DNA of 63,758 nucleotides, counting the filler, from Lenisia limosa (lineage: Eukaryota; Protista; Breviatea), in the NCBI GenBank assembly GCA_001655205.1. It is 18 parts of 18 records of this genome, joined end to end, with 100 filler letters (N's around TTAATTAATTAA, not from the genome) between each part and the next. Parts side by side here need not be neighbours in the genome. Positions count along the whole stretch, not along the records: positions 27,359 to 29,435 come from LPNZ01011581.1; positions 29,536 to 35,367 come from LPNZ01006249.1; positions 35,468 to 36,787 come from LPNZ01000763.1; positions 36,888 to 42,639 come from LPNZ01006258.1; 14 more parts are not named here. One strand, 5' to 3'. The notes under the pieces were generated by a model. That model had not been told where the DNA came from and ran no database searches. It was given only the letters and a program-made list of their open reading frames with translations. Shown here piece after piece: positions 27,359 through 39,207 of this stretch (position 1 is its first letter; each line of letters begins with the position of its first letter). A program made the position numbers and the translations under genes.

Positions 27359-28687
27359 GCGTCCGTATAAGACCCGGCCGGACACTCTTCGCACATGCCG
27401 TTGCTCTCAGTCGACTTGAAGTAGCCAGTACCGCATACTGGGGGGTAAGGAAAAATGGGAAACTGATGAAATAAGAATAAAAAAGCCCAAAATCTGGGGG
27501 GTGTGGGTGGTGAGTAAATGAATTAATAGTAAAAAAACAACAAAGAAAACTGAAAAAGCTCAAAATAAACTCAAGATTTAAGAAACATGGGGGAGGGGGA
27601 GTAATACTTGGAAATTTATGGAAAAAACAACGGACAGTCAGCTGTGATGGCTAAGAGTGATTTTACCCATCTGAACCACCAAAGGCACCTCGTCAATTTT
27701 ACATTTTCTCAAAGTCATGAGGCCTGATTAAACACGACTACTGGTATTTTCAGAGGCGCCTTCTCTTCCCGAGGCATGTTTGGAGCTCTCAGAAGGACAC
27801 GAGCCACGCGTCTTGGAGACGACGGTTAATTAAACCCGTGCTATTGTTGTGGATCTCCCTTTGTTTCAAGTCCCTTGGAGGTATAGACGTTTTGTTTTGT
27901 GAATCGGAACTGGCTGGATTTTTAATGTACAATATATCTTGATCAAAACAGCTCAGGTTTGTTCCGACTCTCATTCTTTGAATGTTCATGCCACACATGT
28001 TAGAGTTCATGTGAATGTTGGCTTTCCATGAGGCACTAATGACTGCCGAACGCTCTCAGACTCCTCTTTAATGTATAAGTTGTTTTGACTTTTCCTGATG
28101 CCATGACTTACACTCCTCTTTTATGTATATGTGTTGAATTTTCATGATGCCATGACTAACAATGACTCATTGATCGTCTTCGCGCATTGTCCCCTACCTT
28201 CTACCTAAATCAATGCTTCCATTTTAAATTCTATTAACAACCAGTTGCCTTTTATGTTTAGATTTTTTACATCATATATGATTGTGTCAATCTTTGTAGA
28301 AACGGGAAACAAAAAGGTGAGTAAGAAACCGTCCACATTATCATGTTCATGTTAAGATAAAATATTGACAAGTGTCTTAGTCTGCCACAGATAAAAATAA
28401 AAAGAAAAATAAAAATGAAACAACAACAACAAAAAAAAATTAAGAATACATATTGACACCTATTTTTTCCATAATATTCACCCCCAGCTAGGGCGTCACT
28501 TCGGTTCGAAAAATGACTGAATTTCTCGATAAATCCTCGAAAATTATAAATATTTTACTGGTTTTTTCGAAACGAAGTGAAGCCCTTGTTATACCCCCCT
28601 CCCACGGGTACAGGTTCCGCCCAATTCGGCGTTTCCTTCAGCTCCGGCGGCGCAGACCTCACAATGTGTCCCGGCATACAACGTGGG
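27359..28687 (-). CDS. Cys-rich extracellular/surface protein fragment (EGF/laminin- and ephrin-receptor-like CPAG repeats)
   Basis: Exon 28687-28606 PTLYAGTHCEVCAAGAEGNAELGGTCT; exon from 27437 CGTGYFKSTESNGMCEECPAGSYTD, typical of C-x2-C-P-x-G-x-Y repeats. Confidence 0.65.
28490..28586. mobile_element. MITE family A, type-1 copy
   Basis: agggcgtcacttcggttcgaaaaatgac..ggttttttcgaaacgaagtgaagccct; internally deleted copy at 28870-28929. Confidence 0.8.
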
Positions 28688-29535
28688 CTGGGAGGTAAGG
28701 CATGTACATGATGTATAATATAAGGAGGATGGGGGGAAAATTTATGAAACAAGCCCAAAATTAAAGATTGGGGAGGTATAGTAAGGCAAAGAGCTGGGGT
28801 GTGAGATATAGACTGTTGATAGAGTGAAGAAAACCCTCATCTGCTAAATTATTCACACTATTCACACCTAGGGCTTCACTACATTATTATCGGGAAATTC
28901 GGTCTATTTTCAAACCGAAGTTAAGCCTTATTCCAACTCCCGCCTTTTACCCCCCCCCCCCCCNNNNNNNNNNNNNNNNNNNNNNNNNNNNNNNNNNNNN
29001 NNNNNNNNNNNNNNNNNNNNNNNNNNNNNNNNNNNNNNNNNNNNNNNNNNNNNNNNNNNNNNNNNNNNNNNNNNNNNNNNNNNNNNNNNNNNNNNNNNNN
29101 NNNNNNNNNNNNNNNNNNNNNNNNNNNNNNNNNNNNNNNNNNNNNNNNNNNNNNNNNNNNNNNNNNNNNNNNNNNNNNNNNNNNNNNNNNNNNNNNNNNN
29201 NNNNNNNNNNNNNNNNNNNNNNNNNNNNNNNNNNNNNNNNNNNNNNNNNNNNNNNNNNNNNNNNNNNNNNNNNNNNNNNNNNTTTGAAGATGTGTGTATC
29301 CCCCCACGGCAGTATCGAAGATTTATAGGATCTCTTGATAAATCCTCGATAAATATCGATATTTAAACGGTCTCTTTCAGACCGTAAGAAAGCCCTAGTT
29401 ATACTTTCTGAATGATCCCCTCCCCCCCCCCCCCCNNNNNNNNNNNNNNNNNNNNNNNNNNNNNNNNNNNNNNNNNNNNTTAATTAATTAANNNNNNNNN
29501 NNNNNNNNNNNNNNNNNNNNNNNNNNNNNNNNNNN

Positions 29536-29614
29536 AGCCTGGCAATATCGCCCATTTTAGCCTGGCAATATCGCCCATTTTAGCCTGGCAATATCTCCCA
29601 TTTTAGCCTGGCAA
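29536..29614. repeat. 23-bp tandem array at a contig start
   Basis: agcctggcaatatcgcccatttt x3 plus a partial copy. Confidence 0.85.
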
Positions 29615-29616
29615 AT

Positions 29617-29713
29617 AGAGCTTCATTTCGGTTCGAAAAAGACCATTCAAATATCGACAGTTTTCGAAAAATTTTCGAGAAAGTCGGTCTTTTTTCGAAC
29701 TGAAGTGAAGCCT
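29617..29713. mobile_element. MITE family A, type-1 copy
   Basis: agagcttcatttcggttcgaaaaagacc..ggtcttttttcgaactgaagtgaagcct. Confidence 0.8.
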
Positions 29714-29826
29714 ACCCATCACCCCCATATGCCTGGCAATTACCTCAATTTCTATTCAAATACCCCCTTTACAGCCAGGAAATACCCCCCTTTTTTTTCT
29801 ACAGCCATAATACAACCCATCCATAC

Positions 29827-31338
29827 GCTTGGTAGTTTGGCGCCTTATTGGGCTTGGCATCGGTAAGATCGCCTGTGAGCAGGACAAATTCTGGGTCTGC
29901 GGGGGGTAAAGTTGGAAAATTTATTCAAATGGGAATATTTATACAAAAAAAAAGAAAAGCCCAAAATCAACTCTGTTTAAATGGGGGAGGGTAAATGGGA
30001 ACGTTAGCCCCGCATCCCATCACTCCAACAAACAAAGCCCAGGCCAGTCGTTTCTGCAGCACCGCATCCCATCACTCCAGCGTGGAGTGACAAAAGGTAA
30101 TTTATAACCCTTTAGCAATTATACCCCCATCTCCCACCTAAAACAGGAAGAAAGTCAGAAACAAAGTGTTGCAGGTTCTCAATACTCCCGCTGTTTTTGT
30201 TGACGTTGATGTGAATGTCGGAAATCTAGAATTATTACTTGTTGTATGGGAAATCTAGAATTACTTGTTGTAAGGGAAATCTAGAATTATTACTTGCTGT
30301 TTGGGAAATCTAGAATTGTTATCAATAATTAACAACAATAGCAAATTGTGAACCGTGAATATTGGAAATACAATAATTTTATAAACAAAATTCATATTCG
30401 GTTCAAAAGAATACCGATGAACAATTGTTACGAGAAATAAAATAAAAATAAGGTGGTTTCATGTCAATATGAATATTGAAATCAAATTACGAACAAGATT
30501 GCTTCCCTATGGTCCGAAATAGAACGGTAAATATATTTACCCACAATTAATCGAAAATTCAGTTTAGTGAAAACCTCTGATGCGTTAAAAACTATTCTTT
30601 TCATTTCTACTTTTTTCATTTTAAAATACTGCCTTTTTAGTAATTACAGACGCTATTAAACAACTGAAGGCCAATAGGCTCATCTAAAATGGGTTTTTTT
30701 TTTATTATTATTTAAGAGCAGTTACAAAACAAAACGGCAAAAAGCGATATAATGATGAACAAAATTGAAATTAAAGGTCAATTTTTTCAACAACAGACGT
30801 TTCGAAAAAAAAATCACCCCATCTTTGACCGGGCCACATTTCGGCCTTTTGTGAGGAATGGAATGTTCTAAGAAGAAATGATCCGGAATATCAAAAAACA
30901 TCACAAAACAAAAGCTCATTTCCCAATTAATGCGCATAGGCTGAGAACAAGACAAGCCAAAACAATATGACCAACATGCTTTGTGATGGATTTGTAAAGC
31001 CAATTAGGATTTGCGGCTTTTTCAGGTATTTACAAACATGACTGCCGATCCGAACGAGATCGCCCAAGAACATCACATCACTCCCCGCGGCTCACCTGTA
31101 CGAACCAAAAATACTTGTCATTCTCCTCATCTAACGCCGTAAAGCTCTTATCAAGCGTGATCTCGCCAGGATGATGGAGGCGAAGAGCCGCAAAAGCGAC
31201 CGCGTAAAGCACGATAATGAGACTGACAATGAACACAGCACAGCAGTGGTTTGAAATCCATCGCGAAGAGAAGCGGAAGACGGGATTGGCGTTCGGGAAC
31301 GGAGGTTCTCTAACCGCCTCGTCAGAGTGGAAGAACAT
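29827..31338 (-). CDS. TMEM62-like calcineurin-like metallophosphoesterase, 5-prime part
   Basis: Exon 31338-31096 (N-terminal TM, ends KYFWFVQ, gtgagc); exon 30225-30138 ISDIH..; exon 29896-29827 DPEFVLLTGDLTDAK. Phases are compatible; DxH and GD metallophosphoesterase motifs in the WFxQISDIH / TGDLTDAK context of TMEM62. Confidence 0.85.
29897..30090 (-). repeat. Family B/D copy forming most of intron 2 of the TMEM62-like gene
   Basis: Minus strand: acgctggagtgatgggatgcggtgctgcagaaacgactggcctgggctttgtttgtt..acagagttgattttgggctttt..aataaattttccaactttaccccccgcAG, then exon DPEFV. Confidence 0.85.
30220..30317. repeat. 26-29-bp tandem array spanning the acceptor of the ISDIH exon
   Basis: ggaaatctagaattattacttgttgtatg and three derived copies. 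Confidence 0.9.
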
Positions 31339-32719
31339 CGCGTTCCTCGGCAACAAGTGTCTTAATTTTTGAATGGTCGGTTCTTCTACTTCGTAATAAA
31401 CAAGCCTCTTGTCATTTAAGTGGCGAAAAACGAAAAATACAAGCAATTTCTTTTACCCCTAATCAAAAGTAATCATTGGTGACAAATGTCAAATGTTAAA
31501 CTTGCTGACAATTCTGAATTTGTGCCTTGCTTTTTGTGCTGATGTTTTGTCAATTTTATTATGTTTCGGATTGGCTTCCAGACCGTGATGTAATGATGTT
31601 TCAGAAGTGTGAAGTGCGGACTATCAAATGTAATTGCGATGTGAACGGAATGTATGTTTTTATTGTGTTATTTATTATTACAAGTTACAAACAAGCCCAT
31701 GAACATAATCTCATACTGAACAGAGCACGTTTGTAATCTGCTTCTCCTGACAAAACTCTTTTCCAAAGGAGGTACAACATCCTCTCTACATATATATTGT
31801 ATCTTCACCAGAATATGAATATATTTGATATGCCTCCCGAGCCTCCAATAACCACGAAAAAATGGGATGCAATATATATAAATAAAATTAGTCATCATCG
31901 TAAACCAAGTTAATGTGGATGATGTTACCCGAGCATTCTAAAGGGATGATAAAACAAAAGACACGAAATGCACCTGGCTACCCCAACTGTTTTGGTGTAC
32001 TTACACATTGGGGTAAGCACACCAAAACAACACAAAAAAACAACACAAAAGACTAATATAAGGGTTTTCCTCTGTCGGATTAAAACAATTACACGAAGAT
32101 ATTGGATTGTAATATTTACCCAATCATTCTGTATTACTACTCTGTGCACACACCTTTCTGCGTGCCTTCACCAGAAATAGATAAATTTTCATATTTTTTT
32201 TAAGCTATTTTCTCTAGTATCCCCTACCTCCTAACTAAGTGAACTACTTGAGGGTTTCCTATAATTGTCCATCTAAAACAGTAAAACGGCAACTCAGAAA
32301 ATCGAAATAGCAATCAAGATTGGCTAAGGGTATGTCGTAAGTGAAGTTTGGAGAATTCTACTTTGATTGTTCTAAATATTGATTGAACTACTTGTTGAAA
32401 TATTATGTGTGAATTGGATTTGAGGTTACATTATCCCAGTTGAAGATAAATTAATTTCTCATGGTAGATTTACACTAACCGCAATAAATTAATCCTGACG
32501 CGGATATTGAGCTTTTTCTTCAGTCAATCGTATCTGGACTTATCGCGGTCAGTATATTAACCAGGTTTTGGGCCCTTTCAAAAAACAAAAACGTGAAGTC
32601 CGCGAAAGAGTCAAGATTTCCTTTCCAAAAAAGACTGCATTCTAGATAAATCCACGATGAATATTGATATTTTCCACGTTTAGGCAATAGAAAGTCGACC
32701 AAGACACAAAACTACTGAT

Positions 32720-34920
32720 CTCCCTTTATCAACCAAGGAGCTGTAAAGAAAAATAATTTGGCTCAAAAGTGTTTCGTTGTTGTTCCATTGCGCTTTGCTA
32801 AAGTGTCAAAATTGTGTACTCCAGGATATTTTTATATGGGGGGTGTGGTTGGTACAACTGGAAATTGTATGAAAACAAAAACAACAAAATACACATGGAT
32901 TGGAAACAACAAAACAAACGGAACCCAAGTTACACGACATGATATGATACAATAAAAGCGGAATGGTGTGTACAACCTTTTGCGTAACATTTTCCGATAT
33001 AGCATATTCTTACGTTGATTGTGACATAGCAAATTCTTACATTGATTGACAAGGGCTTCACTTTGGTTGACAAAATACCTATAAAATATCGTTAATTTGT
33101 GAAGATTTATCGGGAAATTAAGTATTTTTCGAACCGAAGTGAAACCCTAATCGCGAAATAGCATACAACAGCTAATTCTTACGTTGATTGTGACATGGCA
33201 GGAAGGTCGAACTCAAACTCTGGCTCTTCTTTAAGGACTTTCACTCGGTTGACATCTAAAAAGTGAAAATGTTACAATAACACAGCAGTGAAGTCTCTAT
33301 TGAAGCTAGAATCAGAAAGATCCGGCGGTGGAGCTGTATTCACAAAGAAAACTCGGCACGGGGTGAACGGCTTCGGCCATTTCATTTCTATATTATACTG
33401 GAGGCACGCAGAAAGCTGTTCACAGAGTTTACATGAATAAAGATTCATTATGAAGGATACTGTTCTGACCGTGATAAGTCCTGACAATTGACTAAAGATA
33501 TTTAATCTCCATTTCAGGAGTTATCCCCGATCGGTTTTCTCATTTCGACTAGAATGTTGATTGAGTAGTCAAATGAAAACGCGTAATTGCAATGAGAAAA
33601 AATAAGGTTGTATCTGAATTATATGTATATATGTAGAAGTACATATTTGTCGAAATCGTCCTTCACGCTTGTAAGAACCACTTACATGTTAGAAGTTCAT
33701 TCAGCAACAAGAAAATGCAAGTCTCCGCTGTTATCTTGACTTGACACACCATATATGCTTTTCTCAACAACTCCATCAGCCTTGGAATCACAAGCCCCTT
33801 TTTGTCAATGAAAGACCGTAGACGGGTCACAAGATCTGAAACCGTAAGGAATGTGTACACTTGCGTCCAGACACCAATATTGAGCTTCAAGTTTTGCTGT
33901 ATGTAGCGATGATACATCAAACAAGGTTGTATCTGACCTAAGCCATCCACACCATCACGCCTATAAGAAGTCTTGGATTGTGAATTATTAATATTGAAAT
34001 TCACCCAATCATTTGCCTTAAACTCTGTACACACAACTTTCCGGGTACTTTAATAGGATATTTGCAGTGACCGGGATAAGTTGTGTCCGATTTTCTATGT
34101 GATTTCCCAAGGAAAATAGGTCAAAACTTATCCCGTATAACCCCCCCCCCCTGGATTCCGAAAGCCATCGCCCTAAGTATGCCATATATTTTGGCAGTAG
34201 TATGCCATATTAGTACGGCTTCACTTCAGTTCGAAAAAGACGGTAAAATATCGATAGATTTCGAGGATTTATCGAGAAATTCTGTCTTCTTTCGAACCGA
34301 AGTGAAGCCCTACATATTAGGAGAGTATATTTAATTCTTATCATTATCCCATTATATAACTCTTACCATTATTTCACGAGGTGCATATCTCGACCGTACA
34401 CGCCCGTATTTCCTGGCTACACTGACAAGGGACCGTTTTTCAGACCATCGCACTTGGGCTACCCCCATGACTGTCCTTAACAGCTCTGTCTTTCGGCTCT
34501 GGTAGAGTTACAAAAAAAAGACAGAATTCTCGATATATCCTCGATATTACCAGTCTTTTTATAAAGAGACGAGAAATACCTGGAGACAAGAAATAAAACA
34601 AGGATGTATCTGGCTAAAGCCCTCCACATCATCACGCTTATATGGACAATAGTATACCAAATGATACGCACCTAAATAAGGATAAGGTTCATTATTGGCT
34701 CCAAAAGATGAAGATTAGCAGTATATTTCGAGGATTAATAGAGAATTCAAACTTTTTTGTAATCGGAAGTGAAGCTCTATAAATAAGGATAAGATTCAGG
34801 AAAGACAAGAGAAGTAAGGACAAATGATGACTTGAAGTAGGACCTTTGATGAAAACGTCTTTTCCCGATCTACATCTTCTTTTGGAGGGCTTACCTGGGA
34901 TACAGGATCGTTCTTTATTA
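32720..34920 (-). CDS. Partial multi-exon gene, unknown product
   Basis: Exons TVMGVAQVRWSEKRSLVSVARKYGRVRSRYAP, AETCIFLLLNELLT (gtaagt), DVNRVKVLKEEPEFEFDLPAMSQST (ends 33183, gtaaga). Confidence 0.5.
33052..33148. mobile_element. MITE family A, type-1 copy, intronic
   Basis: agggcttcactttggttg..tatttttcgaaccgaagtgaaaccct. Confidence 0.8.
34215..34311. mobile_element. MITE family A, type-1 copy
   Basis: TA-cggcttcacttcagttcgaaaaagac..gtcttctttcgaaccgaagtgaagccc-TA. Confidence 0.85.
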
Positions 34921-35512
34921 TTTCCCAATTGATAAAGGTTTCTATTTGCCTCTCATAAATCATAATATCATATGAAATATATGGAACATTGATAAACAAG
35001 GGAAATAAAATCTTGAATAAGTGGAAAATAGATACAAATATATATAAAAAAAAACAATGAATTTGTTTGACAGTATTGCCCACTTCAAAACTCACAATTA
35101 ATTTCTATATCGATATATATTTTACTACAAGTTTTGTAACATGCAGAATTATGTGAATTTGATTCTATGGTATCCCTATGTATATATTTCCCAGATTTTT
35201 AATAATAATAAAAAAGTATACTATGAGGAACCAACTCACCCTGAATTTCAGAGGCAACCTCCGCATCGGATTCCATGTTTTTTGATTTTTCTTTGGCACG
35301 TTGTCAAAGGGTCGCGCACGTGGCTTAGAAGCTTAAAAGTTGCTTTGAAAATCGGCTAAGAAGTTTGNNNNNNNNNNNNNNNNNNNNNNNNNNNNNNNNN
35401 NNNNNNNNNNNTTAATTAATTAANNNNNNNNNNNNNNNNNNNNNNNNNNNNNNNNNNNNNNNNNNNNGGGGGGGGGGGGGTGGACCAGCCCACCCCTAAA
35501 TACACTCCATAC

Positions 35513-36500
35513 CTGATAGCAATAGAAGTTTCGTTGGACCCGTTGAAGTCTCCTGAGCTCTTAGCGGTCCACATGATGTTGTCGTGAGTAAGCATGACTC
35601 CCTAGACCGTAAGTAAGAAGTAAAAACTCCAATTCAGACAATTTCCACCAAAAATTTAGTACAAGGAGCTCTAACCCCAAGCGTTAACTGTACAATGATG
35701 CATGTAGTGACAAACAATAATAGTAGAATGTATATATATATCATATAGTAATTGACTTTATTTATCGAGAAATACAGATAATTAATGGTATTACGACACT
35801 ACATCATGGCTCAAATTTTACGCTAGACATACAATATATTTGGACCACAAAAACATACCCCTCTCACCCTTCATCCCCTCCATACGTATTTATTTGTTCC
35901 CAATATTTCATTTGTTATATTATCTAATCCAGGCTCTCGTTTAAAACAGTCAGGGGGAGGGGGGTGCACCACAATACCTTGGCAGGACCGGTGGTGCCGG
36001 AAGTGAAGATGAGGGAGCACACGTGGCCGGGTTTCTACAGTGTAAGATAAGGTTGGTTGATGTGAGTGGAAGTAAGCTAAAGGACAAGTAAGAATGTACG
36101 TTAATTTTACAAATTATGATGGTATATAGTTAAGTTAATGCAACATGCAGTTGAACCTTGCGTGTGTGGGCCCTAACATCCTCTCCCCTCTCCGTACAAA
36201 AAACGCACTTTTCCCTGTCCCCCTCCCCCCAAAAAAAAGAACAAAAAAAAATACAATAAATACGATATTATATGACCATACATATACATCCCACCTGAGT
36301 GGCAATGACTTCATCAAGGGCTCTCTGGGACTCAACATCGTCGGCACCAAGCTGTGTGGTGATTTCAAAATCCAAGAATAGAGGATCAGAAAAGAGACCA
36401 ACTCTTCCCGGTTCCAGCCAGACTTGAGAACCGGAATCGGGAGTTAACAATGACTGCGATAAGTCCTCACACGATTGACTAAAGATAAAACTGAATACCA
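35513..36500 (-). CDS. Long-chain fatty acyl-CoA synthetase, bubblegum (ACSBG)-like, internal fragment
   Basis: Exons 36351-36295 LGADDVESQRALDEVIATQ, 36034-35978 KPGHVCSLIFTSGTTGPAK (AMP-binding motif), 35601-35513 GVMLTHDNIMWTAK. Confidence 0.9.
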
Positions 36501-36887
36501 TGACTTCCCGCAGTCACTGTATGTAGACAAAATAGCCTACATCCCGTCGAAGCTGTCAACACGATCACGCTTATACTTAAAGAGAAAATGGGTATAATTT
36601 ACAAAATCATCTGCCTTACACGGCTCTGTGTAAAAAATTCTGCTTGCCTCCAGAAGGACTGCATGGTAGTTTTTGTTTATTGTAACGAGGGCTTCCTAAG
36701 GTCCCAAAAAATACTGAATTTCTTAAATTCTCGATAAATATCGGTATTTTAACAATCTTTTCGGACCGCAGGGAAGGACTACCCCCCNNNNNNNNNNNNN
36801 NNNNNNNNNNNNNNNNNNNNNNNNNNNNNNNTTAATTAATTAANNNNNNNNNNNNNNNNNNNNNNNNNNNNNNNNNNNNNNNNNNNN

Positions 36888-36944
36888 AGACCATAATTGT
36901 ATAGTATTTTACCCTTAGGGCACCACCCCGTGGCGAGCTGACCC
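36888..36944 (+). repeat. 57-bp near-identical dispersed element; second copy inverted at 52393-52449
   Basis: agaccataattgtatagtattttacccttagggcaccaccccgtggcgagctgaccc versus the reverse complement of 52393-52449, about 2 mismatches. Confidence 0.85.
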
Positions 36945-37053
36945 GAACTTTTGAGACCTACTACCCCATGTTTGAGATATTTGTGATCTTGCCAATCTTG
37001 CGAAATTTTGCAACACTTTGGCAAGCTCTGTTGGAGACTCAACCAGATTATGC

Positions 37054-38960
37054 ATGATGAGTGGGGTTTTGTCTTCTGTGAGAGCACCAGATAAGAGATT
37101 AAAATCAGCCACAATCATCCCAGGTTTACTTTTTATTTTCACGTCAGATCGTCTTCACTATGTAACATTTAAAACCAAGCCTACTGCTATCCACAATTGC
37201 CATTTCTTTACGGTATTTAATCGAAGACTCTATGAGCCGTAAGTTTCTTGAATTGTCTTAGACAGTATAGTTTCTATGCCGATTTTGGGCCATTGTCCAT
37301 CTCAAGAGTCCATTGGTTTTGCTCTCTCATCAACAAGAAACTTGATGTTGGAGGATGATAATTTGACTCTAATTCTATTAGGACCCTGATCACAAGGGGA
37401 AACATTTGTATTTATATTCAAAGCCCGACGGACAAGAACGCACAAATGCAGCTTTCTTGTTAGGAGCCTTTTCTGTCAGTTTTCGAGGGCTCTTTCTCTC
37501 TCTTTTTTTGGATTCATAACTTTAAAGGTGCTATGTTTGGGCAAATCACCTATTGAAGCAGTAGCACCATTTGAAGGAGTTTTCCCCTTCTTTCTGCCTT
37601 ACCGTGATGCTGCTTTTGGGCTGTCTTCTTTTCATCTCTCGGTTGTTGGTAGGATTCAATTCAATATTGTTCATTGTAGACTGTCTTCGCGGGTTAGAAC
37701 AGGGAGTATATCAAAATTGGTTCAATTTAAAAACCTTTAATTCAAAAGAGTATGACTAATGCTTCTTTTTTTTTCACTTTTTACTTTTAGATATGATTAT
37801 TATGAGCGAGTTGAAAATGGTGACCTAATTGAGGTGGTGCCAGGCAAGTTTATTGCGTTTAGTGGACCAACGAAAGTTAGGACAAATACCAATGGATACA
37901 CTACTCTCACTCCAGGTTTGCCTTATATCTGTCTTGTCCTTATAAAACAGCTGACTATTCCCCTATTTTTAAAAAGATGAATGTTACCACAATAATTCGG
38001 CTGAACAAGTGGATTTACCCAAGCAAAGCATTCACTCAGGAAGGATTTACCCATCATGTCAGTTTTATATGGTTTATCATTGTTTTAGGATCTATTTTTT
38101 GCTGACGGTGGTTGTCCTACCCCGGAAATTAGAGAAAACTTCTTGAAAATATCTCATGATGCTATTGAAAATGGGGGTGTTGTTGGAGTACACTGTAAAG
38201 CTGGCCTTGGGCGCACAGGTAAAAAAACAATGTATAGGTGACCTATTAAGGCTGTCTCATTGGTTGCTACTTAATGAAGTATTATCAATTCTCTGCTGCT
38301 GAAGCAATTGCCTGGCTTAGAGTAGGTTCTCTTTTACTGTGTGCTTACTTTTAGATCTTGCGGCCTGGGTCAGTAATTGGCCCTCAGCAGCATTATTTAT
38401 CTTCACACCAAGCAGCAATGTGGAAAGAAGGCCAAGAGTGGCGTTCTGCTAATAACATTTCTAATCCAGAAATGACATCCATATCCACACCTTCCTCCAC
38501 GCCCAGCTCTCCCATGCCACGTGAAGTACTTCCTCGTGTTAAGTCCAATCGAGCTGCTTCTTCCCTCTCTTCTTCTGTGAGTTTGGTTTTTGGTATTAAC
38601 AAATCTCTAAGGTTGATAAGCTGACAATTTCCAAACCCGCCAGTCGATCTTCTACGCGTTCTTCAAAACTGGTTAATGTTTGCTTATGATCACCATTTAT
38701 TATTTTAGCCTCAGGAAAGAAGAACAAGAGTCTCGTCAAAGGTTATGACAACCCAGAGATCTGTATGTCCTTTTGGAATTTATATCCAGGATACTGAGCC
38801 CATGTCACTTTCTCCTTCTCCTGTGTCCCCATCTTTAGGGTTGAGAGCTTCTCCAATCAGTTCCACTTCCAAAGTATCTCCTCATGTGATAGTTCACTGT
38901 TTAGTCCCAAAAAATGCCCCTCCGAACAAGTCCTTTGAGATCAAAACGTTAACATTTTGA
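37054..38960 (+). CDS. CDC14: Cdc14 dual-specificity protein phosphatase, apparently complete, about 14 exons
   Basis: Spliced translation gives [73 protein letters not shown] (catalytic CX5R), [11 protein letters not shown], then an S/P-rich tail; stop 38958-38960. Confidence 0.96.
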
Positions 38961-39207
38961 GTTAATTATAAATACATCTCATTCAACTCATTTAAGGATT
39001 GGAATTGGATGATATACAACATATATTCTGTATATGTTGACCATATGTTCCACTTGGACAGATATAATTTTCCGCGTATTTTGTGCACCCCTTGCACCCA
39101 TTTTTATACCCTTCAAAGTGGCAATTGTTTAAGTTAAAAAAAGCGACTTTTAAGATTCTGACCAGCATGGACGCGGCACACCAGCGGAGAAAACAAAAAT
39201 CATGAAA

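Noticed and set aside
30175-30243. Plus-strand exon VLNTPAVFVDVDVNVGNLELLLV with duplicated donors
   Set aside because: The minus strand encodes ISDIH in phase with the TMEM62-like exons on both sides, so the array spans an acceptor instead.
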